Shown here: positions 18,524 through 27,509 of the stretch, one piece after another
Layout of the letters: each line of letters begins with the position of its first letter
How positions within the stretch are numbered: position 1 is the stretch's first letter
Virus record (IMG/VR): IMGVR_UViG_3300039216_000106
Span: 1 to 64,000 of that record
From: a virus
Reading direction: 5' to 3' (one strand)
Length of the DNA stretch: 64,000 bases
Translations under genes and position numbers: made by a program
The notes under the pieces: model-generated
What the model saw: only the letters and a program-made list of their open reading frames with translations
Told to the model about the DNA's origin: nothing
Database searches by the model: none

Positions 18524-19257
18524 TGCGCTGCCTTCTGGGTTCGGACCTTCAGCCAGTGCTTCGCGTTGGCCTTGATATCGCGGTCCATGTCGCTCTTGTC
18601 CACGATCCACGATAGGTAATCGAGCGGGACATCATCCCACTTGGCGCCCTTGTGCTTGCCGAAATTCACGCGCGGGAGCAGCGCCGGGCCGTTCGACCAT
18701 CGAACCATGTCATCGATCGAGACTTTCCCCGATTCCAGTTCCATAACCAGAAGGTGCGCCGTAACATAGGCGTCGGGGCCGGCGCGGTGCGGCGGCATGG
18801 CGAGCGTTTCGTCATCAATCTGTAACGGGAGGAAGTAACGCAGGAATTGGTTGCTGTGGTGGCTGGCGTCGGGCCAAAGGCGTAACGCGACCTTGAAAGT
18901 GCAGATCCATTTCACGTCGTTCGTGATGAACTTGCGCTCAAAATCGGCGTTGTGGGCTGCGAAGTAATTTGCGCCGCCGCCCATCACATTGGCCAGAACA
19001 TCGGCGGCCGTGGGCATCGCGGCAACTTCCGCGTCTCGGATATGGTGGACCGCCATGGCTTCCGGCGGGATCGGGCGCCCTGGGTTGCAGAGTTGCGATC
19101 CCCACCGGCCCGGTTCAATCCAAGCCCGCACCGCACCCGGAACCGGGTCATCCAGTTTGACCGCAATATCACACCAGCCGATTTCGACAATTTCGGCGCC
19201 GCCCTCGGCTTCCGGCATTCCCGTCGTTTCACAATCGATCGAGCGTATCCTGATCAT
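18520..19257 (-). CDS. DnaQ-like DEDDh 3'-5' exonuclease with C-terminal DUF3820-like tail
   Basis: IDCETTG, AAHNADFERKF and HRAGPDAY motifs, then FGKHKGAKWDDVPLDYLSWIV. Confidence 0.75.
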   Translation of the reverse strand: MIRIRSIDCETTGMPEAEGGAEIVEIGWCDIAVKLDDPVPGAVRAWIEPGRWGSQLCNPGRPIPPEAMAVHHIRDAEVAAMPTAADVLANVMGGGANYFAAHNADFERKFITNDVKWICTFKVALRLWPDASHHSNQFLRYFLPLQIDDETLAMPPHRAGPDAYVTAHLLVMELESGKVSIDDMVRWSNGPALLPRVNFGKHKGAKWDDVPLDYLSWIVDKSDMDRDIKANAKHWLKVRTQKAAQ

Positions 19258-19484
19258 TTCACCCGCACCCCTTTGACCATGTCCGCCAGTTCACACCCGA
19301 CCGCGCCAGCAATCCGCGCCAGTTCAAACAGCGGCACCGGCCGCTCCCCGCGTTCGTAACGCGAGATTTCCGAAAAGTCCCTGCCGGCGCATTTGGCCAG
19401 CGCTTCAAGGGTAAGGCCAGCGCTGATGCGCCGCGCCCTGATTCTGGCGCCGATCTCGGTGTAGAATTTGGCTTGCTTGGTCAC
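19254..19484 (-). CDS. small XRE/Cro-like HTH protein
   Basis: IGARIRARRISAGLTLEALAKCAGRDFSEISRYERGERPV. The internal GTG at 19484 has a GAGG 6-7 nt upstream; the longer ORF to 19652 overlaps the next gene. Confidence 0.55.
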   Translation of the reverse strand: MTKQAKFYTEIGARIRARRISAGLTLEALAKCAGRDFSEISRYERGERPVPLFELARIAGAVGCELADMVKGVRVK

Positions 19485-19578
19485 GACTTCACCTCGAATG
19501 CCTGCAATGGCGTCCCCGTTTTGATGTAGAGTGGGTGTTTCGGCGCGGCGGCTTCTTGGGGTGCATTGGGCAATCTGC

Positions 19579-19797
19579 CTAAAAAGGGATTTCTCCGTCG
19601 TCCATAACGTCGTCACCCGTCTTGTGCCAATCGACATCCCGCTTGATGGCAAAGCCTTCGCTGCCGAGAACGAAGAACGCGACGGCCGGGTTCATACGAG
19701 CAAGGCGAGCCGCTTCTGTTCGCGCCGCCTCGAATGAATCGTGCCGGTATGTTGTGATGTTGCTGTTGTTGGCGAGAACCATCCAGAATTTGTTCAT
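19579..19797 (-). CDS. hypothetical protein
   Basis: 72-aa ORF co-oriented within the early-left operon. Confidence 0.45.
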   Translation of the reverse strand: MNKFWMVLANNSNITTYRHDSFEAARTEAARLARMNPAVAFFVLGSEGFAIKRDVDWHKTGDDVMDDGEIPF

Positions 19798-19798
19798 G

Positions 19799-20002
19799 TT
19801 AACCTCCGTTCGAAGCGGTGAAGTCGCCGCACCAATCGCCTGCGTTTGTATCCGGCCAATTGAGATTTGGCATGTATGTGATGGGATGCTGATTATCCAA
19901 AGGCCATGAAGCCCACTGCGGGGGATGACGGCGACACTGGCCTTGATACCACCATTTGCATTTACCGCACGCTATGCCGTCTGGGCTCCATGTTTCAGCC
20001 AT
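19799..20002 (-). CDS. hypothetical Cys/Trp-rich protein
   Basis: 67-aa ORF packed tightly between neighbouring genes. Confidence 0.4.
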   Translation of the reverse strand: MAETWSPDGIACGKCKWWYQGQCRRHPPQWASWPLDNQHPITYMPNLNWPDTNAGDWCGDFTASNGG

Positions 20003-20390
20003 TTTTAACCTCTTTCGGGTCAGACCATTTTACGTCATGTTCTGCGCCAAATGCACCGATCAATTCAAGCAAATCCGACAACTCAGACTTTGTCATCTTC
20101 GACGTGCTCATGCCGACCGGAACGAATGAGCCGGTGTCGATTCCGGGAACAACGCGCGTCTTGCGGAGCGATGCGGTAAAGATCGTTTTCCAGTCATCTG
20201 ACGACAGTTTCGTGCCGTACCAGACCACCTGCTCGGAAACGTCGTTCAGCATCGCCCACAACTTCGCGTTTTGGTCGAGGCTTCGCGTTGGTTCCTTAAT
20301 CTCGACGCGGTAACCGTCCGGCGCTAACCGGATCGCGGCGCATGCCCGCTCGCGGATTTCTGGCGATCTGAGGTATAATATTTGCCGCAT
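19995..20390 (-). CDS. ninB: NinB/Orf-family recombination mediator
   Basis: 131 aa from the ATG at 20390. RSLDQNAKLWAMLNDVSEQVVWYGTKLSSDDWKTIF matches the NinB signature from memory. Confidence 0.6.
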   Translation of the reverse strand: MRQILYLRSPEIRERACAAIRLAPDGYRVEIKEPTRSLDQNAKLWAMLNDVSEQVVWYGTKLSSDDWKTIFTASLRKTRVVPGIDTGSFVPVGMSTSKMTKSELSDLLELIGAFGAEHDVKWSDPKEVKNG

Positions 20391-20391
20391 A

Positions 20392-20628
20392 TCAAATGAA
20401 GCCTTTGTCCTTTGCCAGCCACTCAGGCATCGCGAATGTGCCGTCGCCGTTGTCTTCAACCTGAGACTTCGGAACCCATTCCGTCTTGGCGCCGTCAAAC
20501 AGGCGATATGCCTTGTCGGTCTCGCCCTTCACTTCTGCGGAAATGTCGATCAGGTCGGACTTGCGACATTCGTTATCTCGGCTCATGGCTTCAGCTTTCA
20601 TCATCGTCATCTTCTGGGTCTTCGTCAT
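20392..20628 (-). CDS. hypothetical protein
   Basis: 78-aa ORF whose stop abuts the NinB start. Confidence 0.45.
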   Translation of the reverse strand: MTKTQKMTMMKAEAMSRDNECRKSDLIDISAEVKGETDKAYRLFDGAKTEWVPKSQVEDNGDGTFAMPEWLAKDKGFI

Positions 20629-20896
20629 GATCCAAAACGCTCTGGGTCATTCCAATGGCGATTACGGTGCTGGCCGTGATAATGCCATACGGGTGAGGTG
20701 GTGTAGGAACGGGACGGGCGTCGAATGCTGCCTGCCGTTCCTTGTCCACGTCTGCAAAATCGCGCCGCCACAGCCAATATGCGCCCGGCATGGAACATGT
20801 TTCATTCCATCCGAACCGCTTCAAATAGGCTCTCTGAGCCTCCACAACGTCGTCTTCTGCATCGCAGATGGCTGCATGGGTTCCAAGTTTTCGCAT
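20591..20896 (-). CDS. hypothetical acidic-tailed protein
   Basis: 101 aa from the ATG at 20896, 2 nt after the RecT stop. The longer ORF-track version overlaps RecT. Confidence 0.4.
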   Translation of the reverse strand: MRKLGTHAAICDAEDDVVEAQRAYLKRFGWNETCSMPGAYWLWRRDFADVDKERQAAFDARPVPTPPHPYGIITASTVIAIGMTQSVLDHDEDPEDDDDES

Positions 20897-20897
20897 C

Positions 20898-22160
20898 TTA
20901 CCGCTTCGCCTTCCTGCTGAACACCTTTTGCCGGGCGTAAAAGGCCGCCTTCCAGATAGACCTGAGGTCTTCACGCCCGGCTTGGTCGCATTCCATCGAA
21001 ACCTGATCGTCAAGCGCGTTCAGCGGATCAAGGTCAAGCATCTCGGATTCCTTGATCTGATCGCGAACCCAATCGGCGAGCTGGTCAACCGTATTGATGT
21101 CAACGGGTTTCGGTGGCTCCGGCGCCTTCGGTGGCGAAGGAGGTGACGGCGGCGATGGTGGAGAAGCGGGGGCTTGCGGGGGGACGCTTTCCGCTTCTTC
21201 CTGGGGCTCATCGCCGCCGCCGTTCAGTTCCCGAAGCGCGACGCGATCAAGTTGCGCGTCTACATCTTCGGGGATAGGGTCGATTGTGTTGAGGGCGTGG
21301 CCCGGATTGTTTGTGATAGCCTTGGGCGCCGGTGGTGGACTTGGCGGTGATGCCAGCGCAGCGGGTTCGGCAACGCGCTCACGGCCAAAGTTGAACATCT
21401 CGTCATCGCGTGTCACGATGCGGTCCAGGCCGTCGCTTACTGGGACGGTTTTGATACCCCTGCGCAGAACCGTCTTGCGCCACGCCTCCGTGGTGAAAGT
21501 CCCCCACATCAGCCCGTCAGGGTCCTTGGATTGGGCGCGGACATCGGCGATTTCAAGGTCGTACATAACCTCACGGTGCAGAATTTCTCCGGTGCCTTCC
21601 CGCTTGAAAATGGCATAGGCGCCGATCATAGCACCGCGCGGCGCGTTCAGCTTCTTGGGCGGCCGGTGCGTGATATGGGGGTTGTCGCCTTCCTCCCGGT
21701 CCCATTCGTCATTTTCGTAGACGACTTGGGTGTTGATGATAAGGTGGTCGAGTTCGCGGGCGCGCTTGCGAATGCCGTGCGTCATCGGAATATATTGCGC
21801 GGTCGGCACCCACTGGTCTTTCTGACCAAACTTGCCTTTGACCTTCGTCTTGTAGACGTTGATCACGGCTTCTTTGCCGTCCGGGATAAGACCGTCTTGG
21901 GCAGACTTGGTGATGGCGGAAAACAGGGACCGCGGCGATGCGTTGAGGACTTCCGGCTTTTGCCGGACGGCGGCCAGAACCGAATTCATAAACCGCTGAC
22001 GACTGACATCGCTGGGCAGCATCGACATGATGGCCGTCTCGCGCGATTTCAGTTCAGATTCGAACGCCTCCCACGTCGCCAGCGCGCGGCTCTGGCGCGG
22101 CTGATCGGCTGGCGGGGGTGACGGCGGGCCGGCCTGTTCGGTGGTTCCGGTGTCGCTCAT
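20898..22160 (-). CDS. recT: RecT-family single-strand annealing protein with Pro-rich C-terminal extension
   Basis: SVLAAVRQKPEVLNASPRSLFSAITKSAQDGLIPDGKEAV...MWGTFTTEAWRKTVLRRGIK is the RecT core. The C-terminal tail contains SPPSPPSPPSPP. Confidence 0.75.
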   Translation of the reverse strand: MSDTGTTEQAGPPSPPPADQPRQSRALATWEAFESELKSRETAIMSMLPSDVSRQRFMNSVLAAVRQKPEVLNASPRSLFSAITKSAQDGLIPDGKEAVINVYKTKVKGKFGQKDQWVPTAQYIPMTHGIRKRARELDHLIINTQVVYENDEWDREEGDNPHITHRPPKKLNAPRGAMIGAYAIFKREGTGEILHREVMYDLEIADVRAQSKDPDGLMWGTFTTEAWRKTVLRRGIKTVPVSDGLDRIVTRDDEMFNFGRERVAEPAALASPPSPPPAPKAITNNPGHALNTIDPIPEDVDAQLDRVALRELNGGGDEPQEEAESVPPQAPASPPSPPSPPSPPKAPEPPKPVDINTVDQLADWVRDQIKESEMLDLDPLNALDDQVSMECDQAGREDLRSIWKAAFYARQKVFSRKAKR

Positions 22161-22450
22161 TTGCGTGATCCAATGTTGTGTTGTTCGTCAAATGGGCGTT
22201 GGTCGCCAGTCAAGAGGCCGATCATCACGGCAGGAATTCGTTTTTTCTTCGAATTCTTGGGCAATCCTTCGGTGTCTACGTATTCGCCAAACCCCTTTTT
22301 CCGAGGGTATGGGTTTGGGCGACGAACAACCAGCGTCAACCGACAGGCGCCCAGCACCTCGTAATAGCCGTCTTCTGAGGCCATATTCACGACAATAGCC
22401 TCCGGTGGAAGTTGCTGTAGGCGGGTAATCAAATCTGCAACGGTAAACAT
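22157..22450 (-). CDS. hypothetical protein
   Basis: 97-aa ORF between the FEN-fusion and RecT genes, overlapping the RecT start. Confidence 0.45.
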   Translation of the reverse strand: MFTVADLITRLQQLPPEAIVVNMASEDGYYEVLGACRLTLVVRRPNPYPRKKGFGEYVDTEGLPKNSKKKRIPAVMIGLLTGDQRPFDEQHNIGSRK

Positions 22451-22460
22451 GACAATCCCT

Positions 22461-24350
22461 CTATCGAACGTCCATTTCTTCCGTCACCGTGACGCCGGGT
22501 ACGGTTGACCCGGCCTCGCAGAACCGTTTCGCAGCCTTGGCGATGGCTTCGACCACGCCCGCATCGTTACGGACGAAGGCATAGGCGGCGTCTTGGTCCG
22601 TTACCGAATAAACCTTGATCATCTTCTTGGTCGCGGCGCGTCCATAACCTCCGCGTATTGTCGCGCTAGGCGCGGGCTGAGGTGGCGCGGGCGGCGGTGG
22701 CGGGGGAGGAGGCGGCACAGGCTTGCCAGCCTCAATCGCGGCCAGACGGGCTTGCTCTGCCTTCCTGGCGGCTTCCAGCGCCAGCCGCTCGGTCTCGCGC
22801 TGCTTGGCCAGCTTGCGGTTTTCGTGGTCGCGGATCGCGACGCGGATCGCGTCGGCGGCGGCTTTCGCGGTATCGCGGAGCGGGAACCAGCGCTTGTCAA
22901 CGGCGCGGCCAGCCTCAAGGTGAGGCGCCTTTTCCTTGTCGTGCTGCTTATCAGCTGTACCGGCCAATTCGAGCAGCCGCGACCGGGCGCCTTGTGCCTT
23001 CGCCGCCGTTTCGTCGTCGGTGATGGTCTTGTACGCTGTCGCGTTTTTCGAAGCGGATTCGATTTGCTCGCGAAGCTCTTCGGCTTCGTCTTTCGGCGGA
23101 TTGTTGGCACCGGGCTCGGTCGAGGCTTCCGGCGCTTCCAAGGATTCCAGGACACCAGCGTCATCGTCGGGCCACTTGCCGGTCTGTTCCCAGGTGCGGT
23201 AAAATTCCTCGGTCACGGGATACCGCACAACCCAAGTCCATAAGCTGAGTGCGTCGGTGATGGTTGGCGGGTTGCGGCCGATCATGGCCACAAGTTCGTC
23301 GCTTTCTCCGGGGAATATCGCCACCCCCGTGAACGGGCCGCCCTTCGACATGCGTTTGCGCCAAAATCCGCATTCCGGTTCCGTTTCATGGATTGGGCCG
23401 ACATTACCGGCAAGCGCGTTGCGCCAGAATTCGTAGAGGTCTTTTCCCATTGCGTTCTCCTTGGTGTCTGGATACACGGCTTCAACCTGCCTTGTCAACA
23501 TGGCAAACTCCATATTTCGGAGGAATGCCAAAAGCGCCACAGGGTCGGGGCCACGGACGGCGAAGGTATCAGGCCGAACCGTGACGGCAACGTGATCATT
23601 GAGCGTGACCAACCGGAGCGACAGGCGCGCCTTGTCGGCGTTATCCATCACGGCGGCGCGGCGCTTGGGTTGTTTGATCTCGCCAGCGCGGGCAAGCAGC
23701 GTTTCCAGATCGCCATAGGCGTTGATCAGTTCAGCGGCGGTCTTGATACCGATACCCGGTACCCCCGGCACGTTGTCGGTGGAATCGCCCGCTAGCGATT
23801 GCACGTCCACCACCTTGGACGGCGGCACGCCGAATTTTTCGATCACTTCGGCCGAGCCGATGGCCTTGTTCTTCATGCCGTCGAAGAGTTGCACCTGGCC
23901 ATCGACGACAAGCTGCATCAGGTCCTTGTCGGACGACACGACGGTGACGCGGGCACCGGCCTCGCGCGCCAGCCGTGCATAGGTGGCGATAAGGTCATCC
24001 GCTTCGAACCCGGCCAATTCGACGCAAGAGACGCCAAAGGCCCGCGTAGCGTCTCGCACCAGCGGAATTTGCGGTCTAAGGTCTTCCGGGACCGGCGGCC
24101 GATTGGCCTTGTACGCGGGGTAAATGTCGTTCCGGAACGTGTGTTTTCCGGCGTCGAAGATTACCGCAACGTGCGTGGGCCGGTCGCCGTTTTGCATGTC
24201 GGCAAGTAGGCGCCACAGCATGTTGCAGTAGCCGGAAACCGCGCCGGTCGGAAGCCCATCGGACTTTCGGGTCAGCGGCGGCAAGGCATGATAGGCCCGG
24301 AACAAATATCCGGACCCATCAATGAGGTAGAGGTGATCGCCGCGGGTCAT
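22461..24350 (-). CDS. 5'-3' exonuclease (FEN / Pol I N-terminal domain) fused to a ~335-aa uncharacterised C-terminal region; no polymerase domain
   Basis: LYLIDGSGYLFRAYHA, FEADDLIAT, VSSDKDLMQL and GDSTDNVPGVPGIGIKTA motifs lie in aa 1-295. The remainder has a W-rich domain, a coiled coil, a poly-Pro run and a terminal alpha/beta-like domain. Confidence 0.8.
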   Translation of the reverse strand: MTRGDHLYLIDGSGYLFRAYHALPPLTRKSDGLPTGAVSGYCNMLWRLLADMQNGDRPTHVAVIFDAGKHTFRNDIYPAYKANRPPVPEDLRPQIPLVRDATRAFGVSCVELAGFEADDLIATYARLAREAGARVTVVSSDKDLMQLVVDGQVQLFDGMKNKAIGSAEVIEKFGVPPSKVVDVQSLAGDSTDNVPGVPGIGIKTAAELINAYGDLETLLARAGEIKQPKRRAAVMDNADKARLSLRLVTLNDHVAVTVRPDTFAVRGPDPVALLAFLRNMEFAMLTRQVEAVYPDTKENAMGKDLYEFWRNALAGNVGPIHETEPECGFWRKRMSKGGPFTGVAIFPGESDELVAMIGRNPPTITDALSLWTWVVRYPVTEEFYRTWEQTGKWPDDDAGVLESLEAPEASTEPGANNPPKDEAEELREQIESASKNATAYKTITDDETAAKAQGARSRLLELAGTADKQHDKEKAPHLEAGRAVDKRWFPLRDTAKAAADAIRVAIRDHENRKLAKQRETERLALEAARKAEQARLAAIEAGKPVPPPPPPPPPAPPQPAPSATIRGGYGRAATKKMIKVYSVTDQDAAYAFVRNDAGVVEAIAKAAKRFCEAGSTVPGVTVTEEMDVR

Positions 24351-24631
24351 TCTGGTTCGCGCAGTTCTTCCGGCAGTTCCCGCTTTTCGAACTGGTATGG
24401 CAGAACGCCGTTGAGCGGCTTGGTCACGAACTTGTAAAGGTATGAGCCGATGGAATCGGCGTTTTGCAGGTGTTCCCAGGCGTCGATGCCGAAGCCGGAA
24501 TAGACGTACAGTGCCGGGGTGCGGCGGAACACGATGGATAGTTGCCTAGTTTTGAAGTTGTATTCGACGTAGCGAACCTGAGACGACTTGGCGATCTTTT
24601 CGGCAAAGGTCAGGGAGGTGGGTTCAGACAT
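24347..24631 (-). CDS. KTSC-domain protein
   Basis: SSQVRYVEYNFKTRQLSIVFRRTPALYVYSGFGIDAWEHLQNADSIGSYLYKFV fits the KTSC pattern from memory. Confidence 0.55.
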   Translation of the reverse strand: MSEPTSLTFAEKIAKSSQVRYVEYNFKTRQLSIVFRRTPALYVYSGFGIDAWEHLQNADSIGSYLYKFVTKPLNGVLPYQFEKRELPEELREPE

Positions 24632-24665
24632 CAGAATGGTTCCTTTGATGGGATTTCGGAATCGA

Positions 24666-25217
24666 TTATTGGTTTGGCTTGCAAACCCACTTCGGATCGA
24701 TAGGTGATGTCTTGGTGAAGACCTGCGGCTCGCTGTAGCTGACTTCGTTCTTGCCGGTTGTCGGGTTGAGTTGCATCAGCCAAGTGGCGTCTTCCGAGGC
24801 CGGTTTGAATGTGGTGTCGGGATCAGCCTGCGACATGAGTTCGTAGCAGTAGTGGCCGGAAATGTCGCGGCAGATATCCACGGCCTTTTGGGGGTTGGTC
24901 ATCTGCGTGGCGCCGGGGACAGGGTAACCGAACGTGTGTTCATCGCCGCCGAGAGGGACGTAGCAATTGTGCATCTGAGAGAAGTGGTAGGAGTAGGTCG
25001 GGATTTGCTGGTCCTGGGCTTCATAGGCCGCCTTCAGGGTCCGGCGAGTAGCGAAGTGAGTGATGGTAGGCAACGGAACTTGAGCGACCGCCTGGGCCGT
25101 GATGTCTTCCTGCTCATGTTGGTCTTGAACGTCGGCAGTGTTTGTGGGTGCCTTATCGCAAGCGGCGAGAGTGATGCTGCCCAGGGCGAAGATTGCAAAG
25201 ATTGCAGTGCGGTTCAT
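24666..25217 (-). CDS. lipoprotein (moron-like, envelope targeted)
   Basis: MNRTAIFAIFALGSITLAAC has a signal peptide and lipobox. 183 aa with six further Cys. Confidence 0.6.
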   Translation of the reverse strand: MNRTAIFAIFALGSITLAACDKAPTNTADVQDQHEQEDITAQAVAQVPLPTITHFATRRTLKAAYEAQDQQIPTYSYHFSQMHNCYVPLGGDEHTFGYPVPGATQMTNPQKAVDICRDISGHYCYELMSQADPDTTFKPASEDATWLMQLNPTTGKNEVSYSEPQVFTKTSPIDPKWVCKPNQ

Positions 25218-25241
25218 GGCTGGTTCTTTCTGGTTTATGGT

Positions 25242-25556
25242 TCAGTTGTAGGCCGCGGCGCGCACGTCGGCCGGTACTGGAAAGTCTGGCGGAAGGTGAT
25301 TGATTTTGTCGCGAAGAGCAGCCTGTGAGGAGGCTTTGGCGGCAGGATCGGAAGCGCGGTTAATCTGGTCGCGCATGTCGCGAAGGTCGGACAGATTGCC
25401 GTTGATGTAGCTTGGCGTCTGTTGATAGACGTTCCGCTCAACGGTTTTGAACTTCGGTGCCCAAAACGCATAGGTGCCGTAATTGATGGCTATGCCGGTC
25501 CATGTCACGGCGACGAAGCAGAGAAGGGCAAGAATACCAATTCCAAACGCTTTCAT
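25242..25556 (-). CDS. membrane protein with N-terminal TM helix
   Basis: MKAFGIGILALLCFVAVTWTGIAI, 104 aa. Confidence 0.45.
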   Translation of the reverse strand: MKAFGIGILALLCFVAVTWTGIAINYGTYAFWAPKFKTVERNVYQQTPSYINGNLSDLRDMRDQINRASDPAAKASSQAALRDKINHLPPDFPVPADVRAAAYN

Positions 25557-25589
25557 GTTGGTTTCCTTCTACCGATGGGTTGCGGATTG

Positions 25590-25691
25590 TTAGTTTTGTT
25601 CGATGGTTTGCGGCGCCGTCTGTTCGTAAACCGCGCTCGCAACGCAGAGCACGACGACAGATAGCGCCATGAGTAGGATGGACAGGTACAT
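25590..25691 (-). CDS. possible 33-aa hydrophobic peptide
   Basis: MYLSILLMALSVVVLCVASAVYEQTAPQTIEQN from the ATG at 25691. It fills a gap between membrane-protein genes but is very short. Confidence 0.25.
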   Translation of the reverse strand: MYLSILLMALSVVVLCVASAVYEQTAPQTIEQN

Positions 25692-25720
25692 GCTGAGGCG
25701 GTGGCAGCGGTGTGCGCGGG

Positions 25721-25987
25721 TCAAAGCACAAACCTCCAGAGGAAGCAGGCCGCTGCGATGAACACGACCAATCCGACCGCCGCCGCGACAGTCTTCCGAA
25801 GTGGCTCGGTCGGGCAGATCGGTTCGCACTGTGATATTTCGCAGTGGTAGTTGTTTTTTATGGGAACAACATCGCTGTTGATGCGATCTTCTTCCGCCAT
25901 CTGCTCGCAAATGGCGATTCCGGCGGCGGTGTAATCAGGCTTGGTGCCAGTGAGGCCGAAGTGTCTCGGATCGTTTTGAATGCTCAT
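25721..25987 (-). CDS. tail-anchored membrane protein
   Basis: 88 aa with a C-terminal AAAVGLVVFIAAACFLWRFVL helix. Confidence 0.45.
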   Translation of the reverse strand: MSIQNDPRHFGLTGTKPDYTAAGIAICEQMAEEDRINSDVVPIKNNYHCEISQCEPICPTEPLRKTVAAAVGLVVFIAAACFLWRFVL

Positions 25988-26298
25988 TTTGCAGCCTTTT
26001 TCTTGCGCGCGTTGGCGAGAGATTCGACGTTGTCGAGTTGCACGACTTCAACCTTCTTGGCCTTCTCAGCGGTTTTCGCCGCCCGTGCCATGGCGATCTT
26101 GCCGCGCCGCATATATTCTTTCATCGGGATAGAAGCGCCATCCTCGGTCACCTCGGCGACCAACGCGGCCGGGTCCATGGCTTGTGCCGCCAGATGTTCC
26201 AGTGCTTGCTTGACGGCATAGGCAAAATCTTGGTCATGGCCAGCAGTGACGATGGTGCGGGTGCCGGAAGCGGTGCGGACGCGGATCGAGAGTTTCAT
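25984..26298 (-). CDS. hypothetical protein
   Basis: 104 aa with a Lys/Ala-rich C-terminus and overlapping stop/start codons. Confidence 0.45.
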   Translation of the reverse strand: MKLSIRVRTASGTRTIVTAGHDQDFAYAVKQALEHLAAQAMDPAALVAEVTEDGASIPMKEYMRRGKIAMARAAKTAEKAKKVEVVQLDNVESLANARKKKAAK

Positions 26299-26582
26299 TC
26301 CACCGTCTCCGTTGCGGCTCGGATCGCAGTTGCGCCGCGCTCCGTCATCCAGGTTTCATCCGAAAGCGCGTCGGGTAGAATACCGTCCAGCGCGTCGAAA
26401 AGTTCTTCCATGACGACGGAGAACGCTTTCGCCATGCACTCACGGTCGCCGCAGTTATCAGTGTCATGTCCCCAGCGGTCGCGAACGTAAATCACCGGAT
26501 CAACGCCGTACACGAGAGATGCGCCACACACCGCGCATTGCCGCTGGTTGGCTTCAAAAGGGATCGGGGCGCCGTAGCTCAT
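26295..26582 (-). CDS. hypothetical Cys-containing protein
   Basis: 95 aa from the ATG at 26582 (ATGA overlap), with CAVCG ... C..REC. Confidence 0.45.
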   Translation of the reverse strand: MSYGAPIPFEANQRQCAVCGASLVYGVDPVIYVRDRWGHDTDNCGDRECMAKAFSVVMEELFDALDGILPDALSDETWMTERGATAIRAATETVE

Positions 26583-26959
26583 GGCAGCACCTCGACGGTA
26601 ATCCGATACTTGCAGCCCGCTTTGTCTGTGACATCGATGGTCTTTGTCAGAGATTGAAGCCATCCATCGGCGTGCAGATCGGATTGGACGCGGCTTATCT
26701 CCGCAATGTGGCGCTCAGGATCGGCGGAAAGGCCGTCGCGAACGATCTTTGCGACGTATGGGCCGATTGGGATCGAATGCGGGCGAAGCGCGGCGACGAT
26801 TTGGTTGGTTGTTTCTGACACTGTATTGTCAGGGGCCGTTTTCTCCGGCGACATACCGAGTTCGGCGCGCTGATACGGCAGCAACTCGCCGTCCATCAGA
26901 AGTTCTTCGCAGTGGCTCGATGCACAATTCATATCCGGGTCCTCGTGACTGACAAGCAA
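26579..26959 (-). CDS. hypothetical protein, first gene of early-left operon
   Basis: 126-aa ORF. The start is uncertain (26959 or the ATG at 26932). Confidence 0.45.
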   Translation of the reverse strand: MLVSHEDPDMNCASSHCEELLMDGELLPYQRAELGMSPEKTAPDNTVSETTNQIVAALRPHSIPIGPYVAKIVRDGLSADPERHIAEISRVQSDLHADGWLQSLTKTIDVTDKAGCKYRITVEVLP

Positions 26960-27058
26960 GCGTTACACCCGGCTTGTCGCGGTGGCAAGAGAATAATTCG
27001 CCCGTACCGAAATTATTTTGCTTGCGTCGGACACCGGCCCCGCGGTATTCATAATGGC
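26960..27058. promoter_or_regulatory. divergent early control region
   Basis: 99-bp gap between divergently oriented operons. It contains GCGTTACA at 26960 and a CATAAT 4 nt before the ATG at 27059, so a leaderless start is possible. Promoters were not mapped. Confidence 0.35.
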
Positions 27059-27334
27059 ATGATGCTACGAACCTGGCGCAAAGAGCGCAAATTGACCTTT
27101 GAGAAAGCGACAGAAGCCCTTGGCGTCGGCTCGCAAAGCAGCGTCTACGACTGGGAAAACGGTATATCTCTGCCAAATCCTGAAACGATTTCCCAGATTG
27201 AAGGCGCGACGGACGGCTTGGTTACTTTCTTCGACCACTTTACCGCGTGGTGCCTCGCACACAAGGGTTTGCGCCGCGAAAGGCTGGCCGCCGGTCGGCG
27301 CGCGGCGAAGGAATGGGAAGACGCACATGGCTAA
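27059..27334 (+). CDS. Cro-like small HTH protein
   Basis: 91 aa. LRTWRKERKLTFEKATEALGVGSQSSVYDWENG is HTH-like, and it is the first gene of the rightward operon. Confidence 0.5.
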   Translation: MMLRTWRKERKLTFEKATEALGVGSQSSVYDWENGISLPNPETISQIEGATDGLVTFFDHFTAWCLAHKGLRRERLAAGRRAAKEWEDAHG

Positions 27335-27509
27335 GCGTAAGGCACGCAATCCCCTCACTCCAGAGCAGAAGAAGGCCATCTGGGCGCCGATTGAAGCCAA
27401 CGCTGGCGCTGGCTGGCATAGCTACAATGAGCGCCACGTTGACGGCAGAGATTATGAGAACGGCGGCAAGCCGTTGGCGCCAACAATCGATCTGGACAAA
27501 CCAGAATGA
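27327..27509 (+). CDS. hypothetical protein
   Basis: 60 aa from the ATG at 27327, overlapping the preceding stop. Confidence 0.4.
   Translation: MAKRKARNPLTPEQKKAIWAPIEANAGAGWHSYNERHVDGRDYENGGKPLAPTIDLDKPE

Noticed and set aside
22461-24350. Possibility that this gene is a DNA polymerase I
   Set aside because: Only the N-terminal 5'-3' exonuclease motifs are present. I could find no 3'-5' exonuclease (DxE) or polymerase A motifs (DYSQIELR, RRxAKxxNFG) in the remaining 335 aa.
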